NCBI GenBank assembly: GCA_013298595.1
Contig: JAAFIG010000006.1
Span: forward strand, 66,017 to 130,016
Direction: 5' to 3'
Origin: Deinococcales bacterium
GTDB taxonomy: Bacteria; Deinococcota; Deinococci; Deinococcales; JAAFIG01
DNA: 64,000 bases
Positions within the stretch are counted from its first letter, which is position 1; every line of letters begins with the position of its first letter. Under the pieces are notes generated by a model. That model made no database searches and was not told where the DNA came from. It worked only from the letters and a program-made list of their open reading frames with translations. Made by a program: the position numbers and the translations under genes. This document shows positions 35,774 through 44,807 of the stretch, in pieces.

Positions 35774-35830
35774 TGCCCAAGTATTCTCGTGGAAAATGTA
35801 ACCGTAGAACGAGCCATGCTTTGCCCCAAA

Positions 35831-37873
35831 TTAGGCTCGAGCCGCTTCAATCTCGAGTTTTCTGGCAGCAATAATTTTTTCGGTGTTGCTATTTGGCACA
35901 TCTGCATAATGATCAAATTTGAGGCTGTACACGCCGCGTCCACCTGTTAAACTTTGCAAATCAGGACTGTAATTTTGCACTTCAACGAGGGGAACAAAAG
36001 CACTGATGGTGGTGACTGCACCATCAGGATCCATACCTTGAACTCGAGCACGACGGGTGTTTAAATCTCCAAGTATTTCGCCTGTGAATCGTTCTGGTAC
36101 CCGAACCTTTATCAGCATGATCGGCTCGAGTAAAACGGGTTTGGCTTTTTCCATAGCCGCACGAAATGCCAGAATCCCCGCTTGTTTGAATGCCATGTCC
36201 GAGGAGTCCACATCGTGGTACGTACCTTCGTAGACAACAGCTTTGATGTTCTGAACTAAAAACCCACCGAGTACGCCATGATGTCTGGCTTCTTCGACAC
36301 CTTTTTCAACACTGGGAATGTATTTGGTGGGAATGGTGCCACCCACCACTTCGGAAGTGAACATAAAATCTTCTAAACTTGGCTCGAGCCGCAACCAACA
36401 ATCGCCGTATTGCCCATGTCCACCACTTTGTTTTTTGTGTTTACCTTGAGCACTGGCAGTGCCACGCACGGTTTCACGATACGCAATTTTAGGTGTGCTT
36501 GCCAGCACATTGACTCCCATAATGCCAAGTTTTTCGACTGCCACCTCGAGATGGGTATGCCCCATGCCCTCGAGTACACTTTCGGCAGTTTCGGTATTGC
36601 GAACCAAATGCAGTGTGGGGTCTTCCTCGAGTAATTTACCAATGGCATTGCCGAGTTTGTCCTCGTCAGCTCGAGAAGCTGCATGAATGGCAATGCTGGT
36701 GATCGGTTCGGGTAACTCGAGTTGACCAAAATCAATTGGGTTATGAGGATCACAGATGGTATCACCTGTATGCAAATCAGGGATTTTGGTAATCGCCCCA
36801 ATCATACCTGCTTCGAGTGCAGGCACTTCTTTTAAATCTTTACCAACCAAAGTGTAAACATGAGCGGGCTTAAAATCCTTATCGGTGTGGGAATTATGCA
36901 CAGTGTCACCTGCGTGTAAAACCCCGCTCCAGACACGCACATAGGCAACCTTACCCACAAAAGGGTCGATTGCCACCCGCCACACGCGAGCTGATAACGA
37001 CGCAGACAGACTGCATTCACGCTCCGAGCCATCAGTACCAATCACAGGGCGGCGTTCTTCGGGGGCGCGTAAGCAACCACGCATCAGATCAAGCAGCGGT
37101 TCGATACCAACCACACCCGTACCAGACACAGGAATCACAGGAAAAATTTCGGCATGATGCACCGCATCTAAAAAAGCTTGTTGCAAAACAGCATCCTCGA
37201 TGGGTTCATCGGCTAAGTACAACTCGAGCAATGCCTCATTGGTTTCAACGATTGCCTCGAGCAACTTAGTGCGTTGCGCCCGAGCCGACTCTGCCAATGC
37301 TTCGGGAATAGAACTCACCTCGAGTTTATTGTTCTGGTAGACATACGCTTTATCGGATAGTAAATCGATCACCCCACGGAAATTGCTTTCCGTACCAATT
37401 GGAATAAAAACTGCCACAGCATGCGGTGAAAGCGTATCTTGCACACTGGCAAGCGCTCCAAAAAAACTGGCATGCTCACGATCTAATTTAGTAATTGCAA
37501 CCACTCGAGGTAAACCAAATTCCTCGGCAGTATTCCAAACACGTTCTGTACCAACTGCCACACCTGCTGTGGCATTGACCACCACCAAGGCACTATCAGC
37601 AGCCCGCAATGCCCCGCGAATCTCACCGACAAAATCGGCATACCCAGGGGTATCCAACAAATTAAAATGCGTATCCTGCCAAACCACATTCAGCACACTG
37701 GTGGCAATACTCATGCCACGGCGTTTCTCGGCTTCAGAAAAATCTGAGGCACTCGAGCCATCCTCGACCCGACCCAAACGATCCTTAGCACCACTTTTAT
37801 ACAGTAACGCCTCGACCAAACTTGTTTTCCCAGCCGCATTATGACCAACCACTGCCACATTTCTGACGCGCAT
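35831..37873 (-). CDS. Elongation factor G paralogue (translational GTPase)
   Basis: G1 (VGHNAAGKTS), G3 (DTPGYADF) and G4 (TKLD) motifs, followed by EF-G domains II-V. I prefer the ATG at 37873 because GAGGTGG lies just upstream. Confidence 0.85.
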   Translation of the reverse strand: MRVRNVAVVGHNAAGKTSLVEALLYKSGAKDRLGRVEDGSSASDFSEAEKRRGMSIATSVLNVVWQDTHFNLLDTPGYADFVGEIRGALRAADSALVVVNATAGVAVGTERVWNTAEEFGLPRVVAITKLDREHASFFGALASVQDTLSPHAVAVFIPIGTESNFRGVIDLLSDKAYVYQNNKLEVSSIPEALAESARAQRTKLLEAIVETNEALLELYLADEPIEDAVLQQAFLDAVHHAEIFPVIPVSGTGVVGIEPLLDLMRGCLRAPEERRPVIGTDGSERECSLSASLSARVWRVAIDPFVGKVAYVRVWSGVLHAGDTVHNSHTDKDFKPAHVYTLVGKDLKEVPALEAGMIGAITKIPDLHTGDTICDPHNPIDFGQLELPEPITSIAIHAASRADEDKLGNAIGKLLEEDPTLHLVRNTETAESVLEGMGHTHLEVAVEKLGIMGVNVLASTPKIAYRETVRGTASAQGKHKKQSGGHGQYGDCWLRLEPSLEDFMFTSEVVGGTIPTKYIPSVEKGVEEARHHGVLGGFLVQNIKAVVYEGTYHDVDSSDMAFKQAGILAFRAAMEKAKPVLLEPIMLIKVRVPERFTGEILGDLNTRRARVQGMDPDGAVTTISAFVPLVEVQNYSPDLQSLTGGRGVYSLKFDHYADVPNSNTEKIIAARKLEIEAARA

Positions 37874-38094
37874 AACCACCTCACTCGGTAATCAGGGCTT
37901 AGAAGCGAACAACGCCATCGGTACTATGGATGGTAAAAGTCTACACCTTCGAGCGAAGCGAGGTGATAAAAAGATAAAGAGAGTTCAGGGTAAAGACTTT
38001 TGCAGAAACTAGAAGAATTAAATCGTATTGAGCGAAGTAAACTGCAATCCCGAGATACCTTGACAATTTGATAGGCTATTTGTAAGGTTTTGCC

Positions 38095-38232
38095 ATGAAA
38101 TCTGAACCAAAATCCATACCTATGACACCAGTAAAAAAACCATTCCAAGGTATGAAACCTTTGGTTTTATCGCCACGTCCACAATTTACGGTCAATATTA
38201 CGGCTGCTATTCGTAAGTTACGTGACCAATGA
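38095..38232 (+). CDS. Unannotated 45-aa ORF, candidate antitoxin of the downstream PIN gene
   Basis: My translation: MKSEPKSIPMTPVKKPFQGMKPLVLSPRPQFTVNITAAIRKLRDQ*. Its TGA overlaps the PIN ATG (ATGA at 38229-38232). It is below the size cut-off of the track. Confidence 0.45.
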   Translation: MKSEPKSIPMTPVKKPFQGMKPLVLSPRPQFTVNITAAIRKLRDQ

Positions 38233-38747
38233 ATATTTCGCGGCATTACATCATTGACTCGAGTATTGCTTTATATGGTGCATTGCCAATTGAAATGTTT
38301 CCTGATCAAGAACAAAATAAGGTCAGAGCAGCCACCGCGTTTCTCAGTCGCGCTACTTTTCATGGTGCAGAATTACACGTTCCAGTCAGTTTCTTTTCAG
38401 AAATCATGAATTTGGTCTATCAAGAATTTATTCAAACCCAACAATTGAGTCTCGAGGAGGGTCAGTTGTTATTGGACATGATTTTTTCAACAACATGGGA
38501 ATTTCACTTTCCTGTTTTCCGCACTGTTTTTGATATTCAGCATCGTTTAGCATCACGCCCAACTGTTACCGATGCCGAGTTTTTATCGCTTGCAATGGAT
38601 TTAGGTTATCCAATACTGACAACCGACCCTGAACTATTGTTAGAAGTCCAAAAAAACATTCCTGAAATAGCAACCCAACTTATCACCGAGCATATTTGGG
38701 CAAGCAGCGGCGCACTCGAGGAATTTCCACCAACAGATGAAGGATGA
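38229..38747 (+). CDS. PIN-domain protein (VapC-like ribonuclease toxin)
   Basis: Has the first acidic residue in YIIDSS and a late acidic residue in ILTTDPEL. Its 172-aa size fits a PIN domain. Confidence 0.7.
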   Translation: MNISRHYIIDSSIALYGALPIEMFPDQEQNKVRAATAFLSRATFHGAELHVPVSFFSEIMNLVYQEFIQTQQLSLEEGQLLLDMIFSTTWEFHFPVFRTVFDIQHRLASRPTVTDAEFLSLAMDLGYPILTTDPELLLEVQKNIPEIATQLITEHIWASSGALEEFPPTDEG

Positions 38748-38748
38748 G

Positions 38749-39651
38749 CTAAAACTCGTAAACTTCGGGTTTGAAACCCAATTGATTGATATAGGCTGTG
38801 TATTCATCTGGCTCGAGTGGACGATTCTTCCCAGCCAGTGCCACAAAAAAGGCTTCCATGACGTTATTACCAAAGTTTCGTCCATTGATTTTTGGTGTGG
38901 TTGCAATCAAGCGTTTTAAGCCAGCCGCTTTGAACGCTGCCATATCCGATTCGGTAATGGTTTGGGTCAGCACTGTTTTACCTGTTAATTTCTCAGGCAT
39001 GTAACGTTTCACATAATGCGTATCGCCTGCGATTACTTCTGCCCAATCGTAATACTTGGTACGCCAATCTCGGATACTGGTTTCTTGTTTTTCGCCTGTT
39101 GGATAAAACCATTCAAACGGCAAATTCGTCACAATCGGCAAGACAATACTGGCAGTTCGCTCGAGTGCCGCTTCGGATTTAATTGGGATATCAAGACCAA
39201 TACCATACACAACATCGCCAAAAACCATATCTGCGCCAGCTCGAGCCAGTGCTTGCGCCATACCAAAACGATCCACGGCACTGACCATCAGTGTTTTACG
39301 ACCCCGCCATTGCACCACAGACTCGAGTTCAGTTACTGCAATTCGCTCGAGGGTATGTTTTAAACCACCACCATCTACAATCGGTGTGATTTTGGCGTTA
39401 CTGGCTAGTTTGATAATGTCCTTGAAGCTATATCGTTTATTACCAGCCACAATATGTAAATCGGTACCACCCAAACCAAAAGCTGCGACTTTGCCATCTA
39501 AATCGCGCAGCATTTGCGCTGCGCCGGCCATACTGCCATCAGTACCAATACGCTCGAGAATAAATTGTTGCCCTAGCACTTCGAGTTCGGCAGTGGCGTT
39601 GCGTTTGCTCGAGCCGAGTGAAACGCTAACAATTCGTTTAGGGGAAGTCAT
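38749..39651 (-). CDS. Conserved hypothetical protein (a family I recall being annotated as quinate 5-dehydrogenase-like)
   Basis: 300 aa. The N-terminal VSVSLGSSKRNATAELEVLGQQFILERIGTDG pattern supports the family. The functional assignment comes from memory only. Confidence 0.6.
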   Translation of the reverse strand: MTSPKRIVSVSLGSSKRNATAELEVLGQQFILERIGTDGSMAGAAQMLRDLDGKVAAFGLGGTDLHIVAGNKRYSFKDIIKLASNAKITPIVDGGGLKHTLERIAVTELESVVQWRGRKTLMVSAVDRFGMAQALARAGADMVFGDVVYGIGLDIPIKSEAALERTASIVLPIVTNLPFEWFYPTGEKQETSIRDWRTKYYDWAEVIAGDTHYVKRYMPEKLTGKTVLTQTITESDMAAFKAAGLKRLIATTPKINGRNFGNNVMEAFFVALAGKNRPLEPDEYTAYINQLGFKPEVYEF

Positions 39652-39763
39652 GGCAGCTGATTGTAACAGGAAAAAAAGGCAGAAAGCAGTTTTAACCAGA
39701 AAATACTAACCGATGAACGATACGATGTTTAGGAATTTAAGCGTTATTCACACAGGGAGGCAC

Positions 39764-42556
39764 ATGCTCATACAACAATTACTCAAAGAAGCTAAAAACC
39801 CCAACACCAGCCCAGAACGCCTTTCTCAGTTAGGACTACTCGAAATAGAAGTAGCTCGAGCAGTGGCAAAGAATATCAATACACCTTCTGAAACCCTAAA
39901 AACTCTTAGCTCGAGTAAAGATGATACGACCAGAAAATACGTGGCTGGCAATCCAAACACACCACTCGAGGTTTTTAGTAAGTTAGCAATGCAATTTCCC
40001 AAAGAAGTGCTGAATAACCCATTGCTACCAATTTTATTGATGTCCGATGCGAATTTTCTCGAGCAATTCCCAAGTGCCAGTTTGAAAAACATGCTTAAAC
40101 GACCCGAGATGCCCGTAGAATTTATTGAATGGGCAGCGCAAAACGCAGATTGGAAAGTTTGTGAAGGAATTTTACAGAATGAAAAGGCGACTTTGAGTGC
40201 TTTGCACAGTCTCGAGCAACGTTTTTCAGATCAGGTAACAAAAATTCAAACACATCTAGCATTTTCAAACTCAATAGTTGCACCAGTTTGGACAACCCAA
40301 GCACTGATAGAGGATGTCTTAGCAAAACGTGCGACTTATTCTCTGCCTGATGGAAGATTACGTCAAATTGGTTGGTTTTCTCGAGATGAAAACAGCAAAG
40401 CTATTTTACCTCTTTTAACCTATGCCAAGTGCGAAATTGCTAGTGATCCAAATACACCAATTGCTACATTACAAACTTTGGCTCGAGATATGTATGATGA
40501 TGTACAAATTTGTGTGGCAAGTAACCCTAATACACCAATTGAGGTTTTGCAAGAATTAACTTTAGCAAGTGATACGGTACGGTTGAGTTTAGCAAAAAAT
40601 CGTTCAGCACCTATTCAATTGTTACAAGTTCTAGCAAATGATTCCTCACCAGATGTTCGGCGTGCTGTCACGGAAAATCCGATTTCTCCAATCGAATTGC
40701 GAGCAAGTATTCTTGATGGTGTAGGTGTTAAAGACCATATTGAAAACTCGATTAAAACACTAATTGCTTTTGCCTTAAGTCCTTTTCTGCGTTCCAGATG
40801 GGTGGCAGCAGGTAATCCTAAAACACCAAGTGAGATTTTGCATTTATTAGCAACTGATACCAATTCTGATACGCGTAGGCTGGTTGCGAATAATAATGCT
40901 ACTGCTCCTGACACACTAAAGCTGTTGGTTGCACCAAGCGAAGATAATCATATTCGGACTTGTGCTGTTACAAATCCGAATATACCAATTGAAATTTTGC
41001 AACAAATGATTCGTGAACAAAGTTTTGCTTTAGACGTTGCTTACCATTCCGACATTCCAATTAGTATTTTGCAAGTATTAGCAACAAATACCGATGCTCG
41101 TGTTCGTACAAATGTGGCTAAGAACCCTAGTACCTCAGTAGAAACGCTTTGTTTCATGTATGAAAAAGAATCTGATTTAGGGGTAATTGGCACTATTGCA
41201 TTAAATCCAAATACGCCAATCGAAATACTCGAGAAAATCTTTGTCAATCATGTAAATCTTCATCCAGAACTCGCGCAAAATCCAAGTGCGTCAAGTGAAC
41301 TGCTTATCAAGTTGGCACAAGGCAAGGGTTTACATATTCGTAATCTGGTCAGCTTGCATCCTGCTACACCAGCTGAAGTTTTATTTCATATTGTCAGTAG
41401 AACAAATTCTATTGGTCGGGCATATATTGCACAAAATCCAAAGGCACCTATCCAATTGCTGTCTCAATTAGCTGAAGATGAATCTTATGGTGTTCGAGCA
41501 GCAGTGGCACAAAATCCTAACACAACCACCCAATCGCTATCGCAACTTGCAGAAGACGAACACGAAAAAGTACGACAATACGTTGCTAAAAACATGCTCA
41601 CTCCAATCTCTACTTTAGAAAAATTAGCAACTGATAGCATCGTAGAAATTCGTCAAGCAGTTGCTAAAAACCCTAGCACTCCAACTGCTTTATTAGCTAT
41701 TTTAGCCCAAGATGCCAAAGTTGAAGTCCGTTGGTATGTTGCAATTCATACCAATACAGCTATTGAAACACTGCAATTACTGGCTCGAGATAAAGTAGCG
41801 ATAAGTTCATGGATTGTAAAACACCCCAAAGCTCCTATTGAAGCCCTGATACAAGTTGACAGTTCCACTCGAGTACCACTCGAGACATTACAGCAATTAG
41901 CTTTGGAGAAAAGCAAGTGGATTCGGGCTGGTGTAGCTAAAAACGTTCACACTCCAATGGCATTATTGCAACAATTGCTAACGGATAAAGATGCTGATGT
42001 TCGACTCGAGATTGCCCTGAATCGCAATTCACCTTTAGAAATCCTGAGCACACTAGCAAAAGATACGAATTGGGAAATCCGTGTCGGTGTTGCTGGAAAC
42101 GAGAATGCCAGTTCAGACTTGCTCATGCTAATGGCATCAGACGAAAATCTAAAAGTTCGACTCGAAGTTGCAAAAAACACGCAAACGCCTTTTGTTGCAT
42201 TGCAAATACTCGCAATAGATAAGGATTCCAAAATTCAAGAAACAGCATTACAAAATTATGCGTTATCTCGAGAACAACGTTCGCAGTTACTCCACAACGC
42301 AAACTTGGATTTTGCAGTCGAACTCGAGAAATTGCTTGGTTCAATCAGTAAATCCGAGGAAGGGTTAGTGGCTTATTTGCATCCACAAGCACCAACTCCC
42401 ATATTGGCGAAAGCAGGACGACATGATGACCCACTGATTCGGGCAGCTGTTGCACTACACCCAAAAACACCAGAGAACACCTTGAAAGTGCTCTGCCAAG
42501 ACGGCGATGCTCGAGTTCGCGCCACTGCTCTGGCTCGAATGAAAGACACACCATGA
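39764..42556 (+). CDS. Leucine-rich-repeat-variant (LRV/HEAT-like) repeat protein with about 28-30 repeats
   Basis: Recurring ..VR..VA.NP.TP.E.L..LA.D.. units (NPNTPIEVLQEL, NPKTPSEILHLL, NPSTPTALLAIL and others). I prefer the ATG at 39764 because GGGAGG lies 4 nt upstream. Confidence 0.8.
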   Translation: MLIQQLLKEAKNPNTSPERLSQLGLLEIEVARAVAKNINTPSETLKTLSSSKDDTTRKYVAGNPNTPLEVFSKLAMQFPKEVLNNPLLPILLMSDANFLEQFPSASLKNMLKRPEMPVEFIEWAAQNADWKVCEGILQNEKATLSALHSLEQRFSDQVTKIQTHLAFSNSIVAPVWTTQALIEDVLAKRATYSLPDGRLRQIGWFSRDENSKAILPLLTYAKCEIASDPNTPIATLQTLARDMYDDVQICVASNPNTPIEVLQELTLASDTVRLSLAKNRSAPIQLLQVLANDSSPDVRRAVTENPISPIELRASILDGVGVKDHIENSIKTLIAFALSPFLRSRWVAAGNPKTPSEILHLLATDTNSDTRRLVANNNATAPDTLKLLVAPSEDNHIRTCAVTNPNIPIEILQQMIREQSFALDVAYHSDIPISILQVLATNTDARVRTNVAKNPSTSVETLCFMYEKESDLGVIGTIALNPNTPIEILEKIFVNHVNLHPELAQNPSASSELLIKLAQGKGLHIRNLVSLHPATPAEVLFHIVSRTNSIGRAYIAQNPKAPIQLLSQLAEDESYGVRAAVAQNPNTTTQSLSQLAEDEHEKVRQYVAKNMLTPISTLEKLATDSIVEIRQAVAKNPSTPTALLAILAQDAKVEVRWYVAIHTNTAIETLQLLARDKVAISSWIVKHPKAPIEALIQVDSSTRVPLETLQQLALEKSKWIRAGVAKNVHTPMALLQQLLTDKDADVRLEIALNRNSPLEILSTLAKDTNWEIRVGVAGNENASSDLLMLMASDENLKVRLEVAKNTQTPFVALQILAIDKDSKIQETALQNYALSREQRSQLLHNANLDFAVELEKLLGSISKSEEGLVAYLHPQAPTPILAKAGRHDDPLIRAAVALHPKTPENTLKVLCQDGDARVRATALARMKDTP

Positions 42557-43551
42557 CCCCATCAGAACTCAAATCCACTTTGGATCGTTTTGTGATGGCT
42601 TCTTTGCGTCATTCGATTATGATTTGGGGTGCACCTGGCATTGGCAAAAGCAGTATTGTTGCCCAAGTTGCTCAAACTCACAACCTCGAGTTTACGGATT
42701 TACGCCTCTCACAACTTGCGCCGACTGATTTGCGTGGGTTGCCTGTGCCTGAAAATGGAGTCTCGAGGTGGTTTCCGCCAATTTTTTTGCCTCGAGCAGG
42801 ACGTGGAATTCTTTTTTTGGATGAGTTGAACATGGCTCCTCCTGCTTTGCAAGGCGTTGCTCAACAACTGATTTTGGATCGTAAGGTCGGGGAGTACATC
42901 GTGCCTGAAGGCTGGTTTATCTGGGCGGCTGGCAATCGCAAAGAAGACCGTGCCAGTGTTTTTGATATGCCCGCGCCGTTGGCGAATCGTTTTGTGCATT
43001 TTGAAGTTGAACCTGATTTTGATGCGTTTAAGTTCTACGCTTTTGAACGCGGTATCCACGAGCAGATTCTTGGTTTTTTGTCGTTTCGCCCGACCCTTTT
43101 GCATCGCATGGATGATGACCGTCCCGCTTGGGCAAGTCCGCGTTCGTGGGAGATTGCCAGCAGTTTGCACAGCACAGGCTTGGAGATTGGTTCAGCCGTT
43201 GGCGCTCCTGCGGCTGCTGAGTTTTACGCTTTTCTCGAGGTTTACGCGGTACTGCCAAGCATCGAGCCGATTCTAGCGGGCAGCAGCACCGCCAATTTTC
43301 CGACTGAACCGAGCGCTCAGTTTGCGATTACCACCGCCCTTGCGACTCGAGCCAAAACCGCTAAAGAGGCTGTGGCAGCCTTTCGTTGGGTGGCAAGGGG
43401 AGCGCCGAGGGATTGGTTGGCGCTGATGGCGAATGATTTGCGGGTGCAAATGCAATCCAAAGGACAAGTTGGTGCATTCGCACAATTGCTGATGCAGGAC
43501 AAAGAATTACGTGAGGCGACTCAGGCGTTTCAGGCGCTTTTAAACCTATGA
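42553..43551 (+). CDS. MoxR-like AAA+ ATPase (AAA_5 type)
   Basis: Walker A (GAPGIGKS), Walker B (ILFLDELN) and sensor-1 (AAGN). ATGA overlap with the LRV gene stop. Confidence 0.85.
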   Translation: MTPSELKSTLDRFVMASLRHSIMIWGAPGIGKSSIVAQVAQTHNLEFTDLRLSQLAPTDLRGLPVPENGVSRWFPPIFLPRAGRGILFLDELNMAPPALQGVAQQLILDRKVGEYIVPEGWFIWAAGNRKEDRASVFDMPAPLANRFVHFEVEPDFDAFKFYAFERGIHEQILGFLSFRPTLLHRMDDDRPAWASPRSWEIASSLHSTGLEIGSAVGAPAAAEFYAFLEVYAVLPSIEPILAGSSTANFPTEPSAQFAITTALATRAKTAKEAVAAFRWVARGAPRDWLALMANDLRVQMQSKGQVGAFAQLLMQDKELREATQAFQALLNL

Positions 43552-44765
43552 ACCTCGAGCCAGATGATGCTAAACGCCTCAGTGCGAGTTTGTTTCGCCT
43601 GACCAGTGCTGCGCCGTTTTTTGCTGCTTTAGCACGGTACGCTCGGCTTGAGAGCAGTTTGGAAATTCCCACGGCTGCGACAGATGGTATCAGTATTTTT
43701 TGGAATCCAGATTTTCTGCGTTCACTTTCTAAACTCGAGCGTGATGCTGTTTTGCTGCATGAGGTACTGCATTGTGCTTTGTCGCACATCACCCGCCGAG
43801 GTATGCGCGAAGCTAGACTCTGGAACATTGCTTGCGATATTGTGGTCAATGGCATGATTGCTGCAGAAGGTAAGTTTACCTTGCCCAAAGGTCATATCCG
43901 ATTGCCTGATCTCGAGCATTTGGCAGTTGAAGAAGTTTATGCATTATTAGAAAAGCAAATACCGATACTTGAGTTGCCAATGCTAGATTTGCTCGAGATT
44001 GCTCCAAGCGATTGCCAAGGCGATAAGTCTGGTGATAGCAAGGGCGAAAAAGACCGTGATGAACAGGGCAACAATGACTCAGAAGGCAACCCAGATGGCA
44101 AAAGCAAAAAAGCCCCGATGGGTTTGACTCCAGCTCAAAAAACTCGTCTCGAGCAGCATTGGCACGACGCAATGCGTCGTGCCGAAATGACTTGCCGTAA
44201 CCAAGGGACAATGCCACTCGGGATGCAGCGTGAATTGGCTCGGCTGGGGCGTTCACAACTGAATTGGCAGGCTTTGCTGGCGAGGTTCTTGATTCGCACC
44301 CCAACGGATTTCTTGGGTTTTGATCGGCGTTTCCTGCACCAAAAATTGTATCTCGAGGCACTTGAAGGCGAAAGTGTCCAGACGTATGTTTGCATAGACA
44401 CAAGCGGTTCAATTAGCAATAAAGAAATGAATCTGCTGTTTACCGAAGTCCAAGCTGTACTACGGGCGTACCCGCAAGTCAAATGCGAATTATTTTTTGC
44501 TGATGCAGATTTATATGGCGGGTTTAAAATTCAAGCTCGAGATAAAATGCCAATGCCTCAAGGTGGTGGTGGTACCGATTTCAGACCTTTTTTTACTCAA
44601 CTCGAGCAGCAGCGTTTGCAGTTGGAAGCGGTTGCCATTTACTTAACCGATGGTTTTGGCTCATTTCCACAAAAAAAGCCGCGTTTGCCTGTGCTATGGG
44701 TGGTAGTACCTGGTGGTCTCGAGTCTAGTGCTTTTCCGTTTGGTACAGTCATTCGGATGGTATAA
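43548..44765 (+). CDS. HExxH metallopeptidase-like N-domain plus VWA domain protein (DUF2201-like)
   Basis: HEVLH at codons 71-75 (43758-43772). The MIDAS-like segment VCIDTSGSIS is present. An acidic low-complexity linker joins the domains. ATGA overlap with the AAA gene. Confidence 0.8.
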   Translation: MNLEPDDAKRLSASLFRLTSAAPFFAALARYARLESSLEIPTAATDGISIFWNPDFLRSLSKLERDAVLLHEVLHCALSHITRRGMREARLWNIACDIVVNGMIAAEGKFTLPKGHIRLPDLEHLAVEEVYALLEKQIPILELPMLDLLEIAPSDCQGDKSGDSKGEKDRDEQGNNDSEGNPDGKSKKAPMGLTPAQKTRLEQHWHDAMRRAEMTCRNQGTMPLGMQRELARLGRSQLNWQALLARFLIRTPTDFLGFDRRFLHQKLYLEALEGESVQTYVCIDTSGSISNKEMNLLFTEVQAVLRAYPQVKCELFFADADLYGGFKIQARDKMPMPQGGGGTDFRPFFTQLEQQRLQLEAVAIYLTDGFGSFPQKKPRLPVLWVVVPGGLESSAFPFGTVIRMV

Positions 44766-44769
44766 AAAA

Positions 44770-44792
44770 GACGAAAGCTAAATGCTTTCGTC
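44770..44792. terminator. Hairpin terminator between the convergent VWA and pilT genes
   Basis: gacgaaagc-taaat-gctttcgtc forms a 9-bp stem. It is flanked by A-runs on both sides. Confidence 0.55.
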
Positions 44793-44807
44793 CTTAAAAA
44801 TATCTTT

